Shown in pieces: positions 9,176-17,768 of a stretch of 32,000 bases of DNA. The stretch comes from Coprobacillaceae bacterium. Lineage in GTDB: Bacteria; Bacillota_I; Bacilli_A; Erysipelotrichales; Coprobacillaceae. Within the stretch, counting starts at the first letter, position 1; each line of letters starts with the position of its first letter. Below the pieces are notes generated by a model. The model saw nothing but the letters and a program-made list of their open reading frames with translations. It was not told where the DNA came from and ran no database searches. The position numbers and the translations under genes are program-made. The DNA lies in NCBI GenBank assembly GCA_963675915.1, contig OY780959.1:2070001-2102000 (forward strand). Direction: 5' to 3'.

Positions 9176-11357
9176 GTAATAAAGTAGGCTAACTTATTTC
9201 TAAGCTAGCCCCTTATCAAACCGCACATGCGCTATTAACGCATACGGCTTACCAATTTACTAAATCTGATTTTATGAATGATTATAGTCTACTTGCTAAA
9301 AGAGTAGGCTATTTTTGTGAATTTTTGTTTTGTGTATCTTTTAGTTCCCAATTTTCTGTCGCGTTCGGCATTTTTCTTTGCGCGAGTTCTATTTTTGCTC
9401 TGTTGATTTTGGACATAAATTTCAATCGGATAGTCATACATAACATTGAAATAATACCAATTTGCCGGTTTCAAACCTATCAGTGCGAAGAATTTGAGAT
9501 TCCATTTCACATTCATTCCAGATGCCCTCCTGATTGTCGGGTGTTTATGCAACATGCACATCCGCAATCTATGCCGGATATACTGATCAATTTTATTGAG
9601 CTTCCATCCCATTATCTTGATATTACACCGGGTTTTGTAATTGTGCTTCTTGAATATTTCCAGTGCTTTGTAGACATTCAGGTAATAATTGACTTTTCCG
9701 ACTATAATCGGGTTAAGCATGCTTACCCATTTATCCTGAGAAAATGTCCACTTTCTTTGCGTCTTATCCTTGATTTTCTTTTTGAAGTCTTTGAGCGACT
9801 TGGCGGTGGGAACTATGAAATAGTAGTCTTCACCTTTCTTGTTTTTCCTCCAGTGTTTGAAGTCAAATCCAAGAAATGTAAAATCATCATTTTTAAAGTC
9901 CACCACTTTGGTTTTGTCCATAGCCATTTCCAATCCCAATGATTGAATCACTTCTCTGGCTATCTTTCCTGCCCTCTCAATTTCTTCTTCTGTTTTCGCA
10001 AACAAGAGAAAATCATCGGCATAACGCACGAAGTGAATCTTTGCCTCGTGCAACTTCCAATCCAGTTCGTTCAGGTAGATGTTTGCAAGTAGCGGTGAAA
10101 TAACGCCACCTTGCGGTGTTCCACTTTTGCTTTGCATATGTTTGCCGTCTTCCATGTATCCCGCTTTGAGCCATGACCAAATCAAATCAAGAACAGTCCC
10201 ATCAGCGATGCATTTATTCAATACCTTCATCAACTTTTTATGGGGAATGTTATCGAAGAACCCTTTGATATCACAATCGTATATCCAGTTTCTTCCTTCC
10301 TCGATGTTCTTGATGATAATCTGCATGGCACTGTCGACACCACGATTCGGGCGGTAGCCAACTGACCAGTGATGGAATATTCCTGCCTCATATTTTGGGG
10401 TTAGGATATTGGTCAACACCTGCTGAACTATCCGATCTTTGACTATTGGTATTCCCAATGGTCTTCTCTTTCCGTTTTTCTTAGGGATATATACTCGCCT
10501 TACAGGGGTTGGTCTATATTCCTTTAATCTCAGTTCTTCCAGTAGCTTGTCCAGATTGTCTTGTTCATTTTCCATGAAGCGTTCAATGGTTACCCCATCA
10601 ATCCCTCCACTTCCATGATTTGCTTTTACCTGCTTCCATGCTTCTAGTATTTTCCTGTCCTGGAGTATTTGTCCATACAGAGAATGCCACTTCAATTTCA
10701 ACGGTTCATTCATAATTTCAAACCTCTCTTTCTATTTATCGTTCTTTGAATTCGTTTGTACCTAAGTACCGTCATTCTTACCATTACGATTAAACAAAGT
10801 AAGAATTGTAAAAGGTCAATCCCCTTCGCTTCGCCAAACTTTTGGTCGCATGACTACTTCACTACTATGAGATTGTCTGACTCCTCTTCATATAACCATC
10901 ACTTCGAATGACTCTTATAGATGGCTATCCTTTCGGTGGATGAAGAGGTCTCACAGGGTCATCAACTACGCCCTTGTTGACATGCCAATCACCTTCACAA
11001 TGGAGTGCCGGCATATTCGACTGGTTCTTAGAATATGTCGTGAATAGACTTCCGCACCTTTCGCAACGTCGTCACCTTCTCCACTGCCGCAACATGTGAT
11101 TCACTTTTCGTTTCGGCCTGCCAACTCATCTACAGGTCTCTCGACTACTGCGTCTCCTTCAAACACAATCTCACGATTATGCCCTAGACTAGATTTCCCG
11201 AATAGCACCAGTGCGCACGGGGTAGGATTTGTACCTACGGGGTTTCCCTATTCCATGATATTTACTGTATTGATAGCTAACTATTACAGGAACTCATTTA
11301 TAAAAGGAAAATGCCATGTACCTGTATACATGGCATCTAAGCGACTGCCTGTCGCAC
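9176..11357 (-). mobile_element. Group II intron copy A (full length, 2182 nt; class C-like)
   Basis: On the minus strand the 5' end is GTGCGAC (ending at 11357). Domain V is AAGCCGTATGCG..CGCATGTGCGGTT (complement of 9219-9250), followed by a 10-bp GAAA-looped helix and a 3' terminal ...TTATTAC (9176). The RT/maturase ORF sits in domain IV. The boundaries coincide exactly with the extent of similarity to copy B. Confidence 0.9.
9289..10713 (-). CDS. Group II intron reverse transcriptase/maturase (no endonuclease domain)
   Basis: 474 aa. RT motifs include RRVYIPKKNGKRRPLGIP, GTPQGGVISPLLANIYL and FVRYADDFLLF, followed by a maturase X-like region. There is no HNH/En domain at the C-terminus. 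Confidence 0.95.
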   Translation of the reverse strand: MNEPLKLKWHSLYGQILQDRKILEAWKQVKANHGSGGIDGVTIERFMENEQDNLDKLLEELRLKEYRPTPVRRVYIPKKNGKRRPLGIPIVKDRIVQQVLTNILTPKYEAGIFHHWSVGYRPNRGVDSAMQIIIKNIEEGRNWIYDCDIKGFFDNIPHKKLMKVLNKCIADGTVLDLIWSWLKAGYMEDGKHMQSKSGTPQGGVISPLLANIYLNELDWKLHEAKIHFVRYADDFLLFAKTEEEIERAGKIAREVIQSLGLEMAMDKTKVVDFKNDDFTFLGFDFKHWRKNKKGEDYYFIVPTAKSLKDFKKKIKDKTQRKWTFSQDKWVSMLNPIIVGKVNYYLNVYKALEIFKKHNYKTRCNIKIMGWKLNKIDQYIRHRLRMCMLHKHPTIRRASGMNVKWNLKFFALIGLKPANWYYFNVMYDYPIEIYVQNQQSKNRTRAKKNAERDRKLGTKRYTKQKFTKIAYSFSK

Positions 11358-11383
11358 AAAAGACGAATCCGCAGGGATTCGTC
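11358..11383 (-). terminator. Intrinsic terminator of the metE-like/metY operon, and target site of intron copy A
   Basis: Minus strand GACGAATCC-ctgc-GGATTCGTC (9-bp perfect stem, 11362-11383), 6 nt after the metY stop, followed by TTTT (11358-11361). The intron GTGCG follows immediately. Confidence 0.8.
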
Positions 11384-11389
11384 AGAACT

Positions 11390-12649
11390 CTATAATTTTT
11401 TAAATGATTGATCGAGGTCACCGATGATATCATCAATATTCTCTAATCCAATCGACAATCTGATGGTATTGGCTTTGATATCATATCTGACCAATTCCTC
11501 TGCTGTTAATTGGCTGTGAGTTGTACTTGCCGGATGAATTACCAACGAACGGCTATCCCCGATATTGGCAAGCAATGAGAACAATTCCAATTGATCAATG
11601 AACTTTTTAGCAGTTTCTTCATCTCCTTTGATTTCAAAAGTGAATACTGATCCGGCTCCATTAGGATAATATTTATGATAAATTTCCGGATTGTCGATTG
11701 ATGGGTGATTAACCTTTTCCACCAATTCACTGTTTTGGAGATATTCCACGACTTTCAAAGCATTGTCTTTGTGACGCTCAACTCTTAATGATAATGTTTC
11801 CACTCCCTGAAGGAATAACCAGGCATTGAATGGGGAGATACAAGCCCCGATATCCCGAAGCAGAATGGTTCTTACTCTGGCAATATAGGCAACCTTAGGA
11901 TCAAACTCGATATTATGATAGCTTGCCTGTTTCCCGGCGATTTGAGGATACTTGTCAACGCTATAACTGAAGTTTCCGCTATCAACCACAATTCCCCCGA
12001 CACTGTTTCCACTACCGCCAATAAGTTTTGTAGTCGAATGAACTACGATATCACACCCATGTTCAATCGGACGCAGCAAGTACGGTGATGCAAACGTATT
12101 GTCAACAATCAATGGCAAACCATGTTTATGGGCAATATCGGCTACTGCTTTGATATCCGCAATTTTGCTGTTTGGGTTAGACAGCGATTCAATGAAAACA
12201 CATTTAGTGTTGTCTTTGATCTGAGCTTCGAAACTTTTCAGGTCATCGATATCGACAAATGTACTGGAAACCCCTTCTTCAGCAAAAGTGTACTTGATCA
12301 AATTGTAGCTTCCACCATAAATATTGCTTGCTGACAAGATATGGTCACCGCTTTTCACCAAGTTTTTAATTGCATAGTAGATTGCTGCCATACCTGAAGC
12401 TGTCGCAACTGCGCCGATTCCTCCTTCAAGTTTTGCTACTCTTTCTTCAAAAATTGAAACCGTCGGATTCGTTAATCGGGTGTAGATGTTTCCGGTTTCG
12501 GCAAGATTGAAGCGATCCTGAGCTTGCTGGCAATTGTCAAAGACAAATGACGTTGTCTGATAAATCGGCACCGCTCGTGATTTGAAGGCACTTTCCACTT
12601 CAAAGTAACCTGCATGCAACTGGTTTGTTTCAAATTTGTAGTCTGACAT
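11390..12649 (-). CDS. metY: O-acetylhomoserine sulfhydrylase (aminocarboxypropyltransferase), PLP-dependent
   Basis: Cys/Met-metabolism PLP enzyme signature with the lysine motif HSTTKLIGG, and N-terminal FETNQLHAG. I prefer the ATG at 12649 because it is preceded by AGGAGG with 7-nt spacing. The longer ORF start at 12673 would overlap the upstream gene. Confidence 0.9.
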   Translation of the reverse strand: MSDYKFETNQLHAGYFEVESAFKSRAVPIYQTTSFVFDNCQQAQDRFNLAETGNIYTRLTNPTVSIFEERVAKLEGGIGAVATASGMAAIYYAIKNLVKSGDHILSASNIYGGSYNLIKYTFAEEGVSSTFVDIDDLKSFEAQIKDNTKCVFIESLSNPNSKIADIKAVADIAHKHGLPLIVDNTFASPYLLRPIEHGCDIVVHSTTKLIGGSGNSVGGIVVDSGNFSYSVDKYPQIAGKQASYHNIEFDPKVAYIARVRTILLRDIGACISPFNAWLFLQGVETLSLRVERHKDNALKVVEYLQNSELVEKVNHPSIDNPEIYHKYYPNGAGSVFTFEIKGDEETAKKFIDQLELFSLLANIGDSRSLVIHPASTTHSQLTAEELVRYDIKANTIRLSIGLENIDDIIGDLDQSFKKL

Positions 12650-12663
12650 ATTTTTTCCTCCTA

Positions 12664-13776
12664 TTATTTCCAAACTTCTTCGGCAATCTCTTTAACTAAT
12701 TTCAGTTTTGCCCATTGCTGGTCTTCAGTTATTTTATTTCCCTCTTCTGTCGAGGCGAAACCACATTGGGGACTTAGGTACAGCCGTTCAAGCGGCACAT
12801 ACTTTGTTGCTTCATGTATTCTTCTGATTATTTCGTCCTTATTTTCTAGAATCGGCGACTTGGTTGTAACAAGACCCAACACTACTTTTTTATCTGGACT
12901 GACATGCTTCAATGGTTCAAAGGTTCCTGAACGTTCATCGTCAAATTCCAGATAGAATGCATTAACGTCTTCATTGGCAAACAATTCTTCTCCAACCAGG
13001 TCATAGCCCCCTTGACAAGCCCAGGTTGAATGGAAATTCCCGCGACAGATATGGGTATTGATGGTCAAATCATCCGGTTTTCCTTCTATTGCCAAGTTAT
13101 TGACTCTGATTAATTTCTTTATATTTTCCTGCAGTCCTTTTTCATCGGTATTCAAAATGAAACAGGCATTGGGATCAACACAAACTCCCCAAGTACAGTC
13201 GTCAAACTGAATATTTCGACATCCCGCTTCATAGAGAGCATTGATCACAGTCCGGTAACCTTTGACAATGTCCTGAATCAAATCCTCTTCATCTGGATAT
13301 ATCTCTTTTGTTTTAGAAATATTTTCCGGTAAAATCATTTGGAATAAAAACTGAGCCGGTGCCGGAATGGTCTGTCTGGCAACCGTACTTGCATCCTCAT
13401 ACTGTTTGACGAATTTGAAATGATTGACAAACGGATGATTATCTACTGAAATTTTTCCGACAAGATAAGTATCGTCTATCAGGGCCGGTTCATCGTGAAA
13501 CGGAATTCCGCTTTCAGTTTTGCTATGTCCGACACCGTTGAATGCCCACATGAAATCCAAATGCCATGATCCCCGGCGGAATTCGCCATCTGTAATTACA
13601 TTATAACCTAATTCTTTCTGTTTTGTAATCAAGGTGATAATAGCTTTGTCTTCAACCTTGGTTAACTCCTCTTTTGTCAATTCATTTTTATTAAATTTAT
13701 CTCTAGCTTCTTTCAACACCGCTGGTCTTAAGAAACTTCCTACTATATCAAATCTAAATGGTGCATTTAGTGCCAT
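12664..13776 (-). CDS. Short cobalamin-independent methionine synthase family protein (MetE C-terminal-like, YxjG/YxjH type)
   Basis: 370 aa. FRFDIVGSFLRP, VITDGEFRR.SWHLDF and C-terminal PQCGF motifs match my memory of Bacillus YxjG/YxjH-type proteins. Confidence 0.8.
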   Translation of the reverse strand: MALNAPFRFDIVGSFLRPAVLKEARDKFNKNELTKEELTKVEDKAIITLITKQKELGYNVITDGEFRRGSWHLDFMWAFNGVGHSKTESGIPFHDEPALIDDTYLVGKISVDNHPFVNHFKFVKQYEDASTVARQTIPAPAQFLFQMILPENISKTKEIYPDEEDLIQDIVKGYRTVINALYEAGCRNIQFDDCTWGVCVDPNACFILNTDEKGLQENIKKLIRVNNLAIEGKPDDLTINTHICRGNFHSTWACQGGYDLVGEELFANEDVNAFYLEFDDERSGTFEPLKHVSPDKKVVLGLVTTKSPILENKDEIIRRIHEATKYVPLERLYLSPQCGFASTEEGNKITEDQQWAKLKLVKEIAEEVWK

Positions 13777-13892
13777 CTTAAGTTCTCCTTTCTCGAGTTC
13801 TTTTTTTTTACTTCTTGTCCATATTATAAAACGAAAAAAGAAAATGTGTTAATATTCAAATCCTAGAGTCCGTTATAGTCCGGCACTATAGT

Positions 13893-16074
13893 GTAATAAA
13901 GTAGGCTAACTTATTTCTAAGCTAGCCCCTTATCAAACCGCACATGCGCTATTAACGCATACGGCTTACCAATTTACTAAATCTGATTTTATGAATGATT
14001 ATAGTCTACTTGCTAAAAGAGTAGGCTATTTTCTTGTTTCTTTCTTTCGTGTAATACTTGATTCCGGCTTTCCTGCACTGTTCCACTCTGTTTTTCGTTA
14101 CTTCTTTGTTGATACCCTGTTGTCTTTGAACATATATTTCAATTGGATATCCATACATGGTATTGAAATAGTGCCAGTATGCCGGTTTCAAACCAATCAT
14201 CACAAAGAATGCTATATTCCATTTAACCGTCATTCCAAACGCTTTCCTGATTGTCGGATGTTTATGCAGCATGCACATTCTCAGCCTTTGGCGAATATAC
14301 TTGTCAATTGTATTTAGTTCCCTTCCCATTAGATTTATGTCGCAATGGGTTTTGTAGTTGTGCTTCTTGAATATTTTAAGTGCTTTGTAGACGTTCAGGT
14401 AGTAATTGACTTTACCAACTATAATCGGATTAAGCATGCTTACCCATTTATCCTGAGAAAATGTCCACTTTCTTTGCGTCTTGTCCTTGATTTTCTTTTT
14501 GAAGTCTTTGAGTGAATTGGCGGTGGGAACTATGAAATAGTAATCTTTACCCTTCTTGTTTTTCCTCCAGTGCTTGAAGTCAAATCCAAGAAAGGTAAAA
14601 TCATCATTTTTAAAGTCCACCACTTTGGTTTTGTCCATAGCCATTTCCAATCCCAATGATTGAATCACTTCTCTGGCTATCTTTCCTGCCCTCTCAATTT
14701 CTTCTTCTGTTTTCGCAAACAAGAGAAAATCATCGGCATAACGCACGAAGTGAATCTTTGCCTCGTGCAACTTCCAATCCAGTTCGTTCAGGTAGATGTT
14801 TGCAAGTAGAGGTGAAATAACGCCACCTTGCGGTGTTCCACTTTTGCTTTGCATATGTTTGCCGTCTTCCATGTATCCCGCTTTGAGCCATGACCAAATC
14901 AAATCAAGAACAGTCCCATCAGCGATGCATTTATTCAATACCTTCATCAACTTTTTATGGGGAATGTTATCGAAGAACCCTTTGATATCACAATCGTATA
15001 TCCAGTTTCTTCCTTCCTCGATGTTATTGATGATAATCTGCATGGCACTGTCGACACCACGATTCGGGCGGTAGCCAACTGACCAGTGATGGAATATTCC
15101 TGCCTCATATTTTGGGGTTAGGATATTGGTTAGCACCTGCTGAACTATCCGATCTTTGACTATTGGTATTCCCAATGGTCTTCTCTTTCCGTTTTTCTTA
15201 GGGATATATACTCGCCTTACAGGGATTGGTCTATATTCCTTTAATCTCAGTTCTTCCAGTAGCTTGTCCAAATTGTCTTGTTCATTTTCCATGAAGCGTT
15301 CAATGGTTACCCCATCGATTCCGCCACTTCCATGATTTGCTTTTACCTGCTTCCATGCTTCTAGTATTTTCCTGTCCTGGAGTATTTGTCCATACAGAGA
15401 ATGCCACTTCAATTTCAACGGTTCATTCATAATTTCAAACCTCTCTTTCTATTTATCGTTCTTTGAATTCGTTTGTACCTAAGTACCGTCATTCTTACCA
15501 TTACGATTAAACAAAGTAAGAATTGTAAAAGGTCAATCCCCTTCGCTTCGCCAAACGTTTGGTCGCATGACTACTTCACTACTATGAGATTGTCTGACTC
15601 CTCTTCATATAACCATCACTTCGAATGACTCTTATAGATGATTATCCTTTCGGTGGATGAAGAGGTCTCACAGGGTCATCAACTACGCCCTTGTTGACAT
15701 GCCAATCACCTTCACAATGGAGTGCCGGCATATTCGACTGGTTCTTAGAATATGTCGTGAATAGACTTCCGCACCTTTCGCAACGTCGTCACATTCTCCA
15801 CTGCCGCAACATGTGATTCACTTTTCGTTTCGGCCTGCCAACTCATCTACAGGTCTCTCGACTACTGCGTCTCCTTCAAACACAATCTCACGATTATGCC
15901 CTAGACTAGATTTCCCGAATAGCACCAGTGCGCACGGGATAGGACTTACACCTACAGGGTTTCCTAATTCCATGATATTTACTGTATTGATAGCTAACTA
16001 TTACAGGAACTCATTTATAAAAGGAAAATGCCATGTACCTGTATACATGGCATCTAAGCGACTGCCTGTCGCAC
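13893..16074 (-). mobile_element. Group II intron copy B (full length, 2182 nt; class C-like)
   Basis: Same architecture and length as copy A at an offset of +4717 nt. The 5' GTGCGAC ends at 16074, domain V is at 13936-13967, and the 3' end is at 13893. It is near-identical to copy A except for a diverged block in the IEP 3' part and one small patch in domain I. Confidence 0.9.
14006..15430 (-). CDS. Group II intron reverse transcriptase/maturase (copy B)
   Basis: 474 aa and intact, with the same RT motifs including YADD. The first roughly 345 residues differ from copy A at only four positions that I can see. The C-terminal roughly 125 residues are heavily substituted. Confidence 0.95.
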   Translation of the reverse strand: MNEPLKLKWHSLYGQILQDRKILEAWKQVKANHGSGGIDGVTIERFMENEQDNLDKLLEELRLKEYRPIPVRRVYIPKKNGKRRPLGIPIVKDRIVQQVLTNILTPKYEAGIFHHWSVGYRPNRGVDSAMQIIINNIEEGRNWIYDCDIKGFFDNIPHKKLMKVLNKCIADGTVLDLIWSWLKAGYMEDGKHMQSKSGTPQGGVISPLLANIYLNELDWKLHEAKIHFVRYADDFLLFAKTEEEIERAGKIAREVIQSLGLEMAMDKTKVVDFKNDDFTFLGFDFKHWRKNKKGKDYYFIVPTANSLKDFKKKIKDKTQRKWTFSQDKWVSMLNPIIVGKVNYYLNVYKALKIFKKHNYKTHCDINLMGRELNTIDKYIRQRLRMCMLHKHPTIRKAFGMTVKWNIAFFVMIGLKPAYWHYFNTMYGYPIEIYVQRQQGINKEVTKNRVEQCRKAGIKYYTKERNKKIAYSFSK

Positions 16075-16098
16075 AAAAGACCGGTTTTTCAACCGGCC
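16075..16098 (-). terminator. Intrinsic terminator of the lipoprotein gene, and target site of intron copy B
   Basis: Minus strand GGCCGGTT-gaaa-AACCGGTC (8 bp with one G-U), 21 nt after the stop at 16120, followed by TTTT (16075-16078). The intron GTGCG follows immediately. Confidence 0.75.
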
Positions 16099-16119
16099 TT
16101 CAAATCCCCTATATTTTAT

Positions 16120-17688
16120 TTAATGCCGTGAGGGCCTTCCGGAAATATTACCATCGGGCATTTTCATTGTCCCTGCGGAACTTCCGTATTGAAGAGTATC
16201 CAGAGTGATTGTCGTACTATCACCGGAAATTGTCAAAGTATAAGTGTTTCCGATACTTAATTCACTTGTTGAAAAAACAATCATATTGAATGCGGAAGTG
16301 GCTGTATAACTGGCCAGAACATTTCCATCACTGTCTGTGATTTCAATCTTTGACCCTGATTGGTAATTTTGAGATAGTTGCATATAGACTACACCTTGAT
16401 TGGTTGCCGTCAATGTCTGGTCCATTCCCGAAGCTCCCACCGCAATAATGGTTCCTCCAGTAATGCTCCCTTCTCCGTTGTAGTCGATAACTCCGTTACC
16501 AGAATTAGTCGGACCGGAAGCATAGACTTCGCCGCCATTGATTATCAGATCGCCATTACTGTCAAGCCCGTCGCCAGATGCATTTACATATATAACACCG
16601 TCATTGATTGTCAACACACCACTACTTGAAGCAAACTGGTCCATTCCTCCACCAAAACCGGAACTGTCATTTCCTCCTGATACATTGAATCCGTCATCGG
16701 ATGAAGTAAGTTCAATGCTTCCACCATTGATTGTGATATCAGCTGCTTCAATACCTTCATAGGATTCCTCAATCAGGATTGAACCACTGTTGATTATTAT
16801 TTCCGTATCACTATGGATTCCGTCATCTTCAGCGGACATAAGCAATTCTCCGCCATCGATAGTAATTGTTGCGGTTGCATGCAGCGCATCATCCCCACTG
16901 TCCAAATCAAATTCACCACCGCAAATATAAATGTTGCCTAGGCTGCCATCTTCATCATTGCTGGAATTAATGGCATCATCTCCACTGGTGATATTGTAAC
17001 TTCCGGATTTTACTTTGATAATATCATTTGCCTCAAGGCCATGATTTCCGACGTTCATATTGATAGTGACATCCACTAGGATCAGATCATCCTTCGAAAC
17101 AATTCCGTTTGAGTCACCTTCGACAATCAAGGTTCCGGTTCCATTGATTGTCAAATCATCTTTGGAATAAATGACTCCGTCGACATTATTATCATCGATT
17201 GCAACATAGTCACCTGATGTTTCCAGATTATTGTCACCGATGATGGTCAAGAAAACCTTGTCGGCCTGTTTGATATAAATTGGTGCTGATGATTCACTGG
17301 TTATGTCTACCTCATCCAATACTACTTGAATCTTATCTTCGCTGGTGGCGTCGATTACAATCTGCCCGTTAGACAAGCTGCCACTAAGTATATATGTGCC
17401 TTCAGCGGATATTGTAATCACATCTCCAGCAACACTGGCTCCTTCACCGGATATTGTTGTGCCTCCATCGGCCAAGACTATTACTGTAGCTGTCGACTCG
17501 TCGTAACTAGAATCCAAATCGCGTTCGGTAAACTCAATCGAACTTCCTTCCCCGTAACTAGTCTGAGTTGTGGTTTGTGATGTCGAATCTGATTCCGTAT
17601 CGCTTGTGGCAGTTGTACTTTCAGTGCTAGTGCCTGAGGTGCATCCGGTCAGCAAAAGTAAACCTAGTACTGGTATTATTCTTTTCAT
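16120..17688 (-). CDS. Secreted lipoprotein, Cthe_2159-like carbohydrate-binding beta-helix protein
   Basis: 522 aa. Lipoprotein signal MKRIIPVLGLLLLTGC (lipobox LTGC), an S/T-rich linker, then repeated I.I.GG...(S)DDG(I/F/L) units including SYEGIEA..ITINGG...SSDDGFN. I associate that pattern with the Cthe_2159/DUF4353 family. Confidence 0.7.
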   Translation of the reverse strand: MKRIIPVLGLLLLTGCTSGTSTESTTATSDTESDSTSQTTTQTSYGEGSSIEFTERDLDSSYDESTATVIVLADGGTTISGEGASVAGDVITISAEGTYILSGSLSNGQIVIDATSEDKIQVVLDEVDITSESSAPIYIKQADKVFLTIIGDNNLETSGDYVAIDDNNVDGVIYSKDDLTINGTGTLIVEGDSNGIVSKDDLILVDVTINMNVGNHGLEANDIIKVKSGSYNITSGDDAINSSNDEDGSLGNIYICGGEFDLDSGDDALHATATITIDGGELLMSAEDDGIHSDTEIIINSGSILIEESYEGIEAADITINGGSIELTSSDDGFNVSGGNDSSGFGGGMDQFASSSGVLTINDGVIYVNASGDGLDSNGDLIINGGEVYASGPTNSGNGVIDYNGEGSITGGTIIAVGASGMDQTLTATNQGVVYMQLSQNYQSGSKIEITDSDGNVLASYTATSAFNMIVFSTSELSIGNTYTLTISGDSTTITLDTLQYGSSAGTMKMPDGNISGRPSRH

Positions 17689-17768
17689 ATCTGTTCCTCC
17701 TATTTCTACACTAACATCATAATAACCAAAACTTAAATGTACTTAAAAAACGCCAAGAAAAAAGCAGG

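Noticed and set aside
9274-9942. 222-aa plus-strand ORF (and the 108-aa ORF at 13991-14317) opposite the intron RT genes.
   Set aside because: These are shadow ORFs antisense to a strongly supported RT/maturase CDS. They are not conserved between the two intron copies (222 versus 108 aa), have no RBS, and have low-complexity composition.
11096-11395. 99-aa and 131-aa plus-strand ORFs (11096-11395 and 15813-16208) spanning the intron 5' ends.
   Set aside because: They lie antisense to structured intron domain I RNA and run across the intron/exon junction into unrelated flanks. They are most likely chance open frames.
9289-15430. Whether the reverse transcriptases could belong to a retron, a DGR or an Abi-type defence RT.
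   Set aside because: The flanking RNA shows the group II hallmarks: 5' GUGCG, a canonical domain V with the AGC triad, and a maturase X region. I saw no template/variable repeat pair or msr/msd-like inverted repeats.
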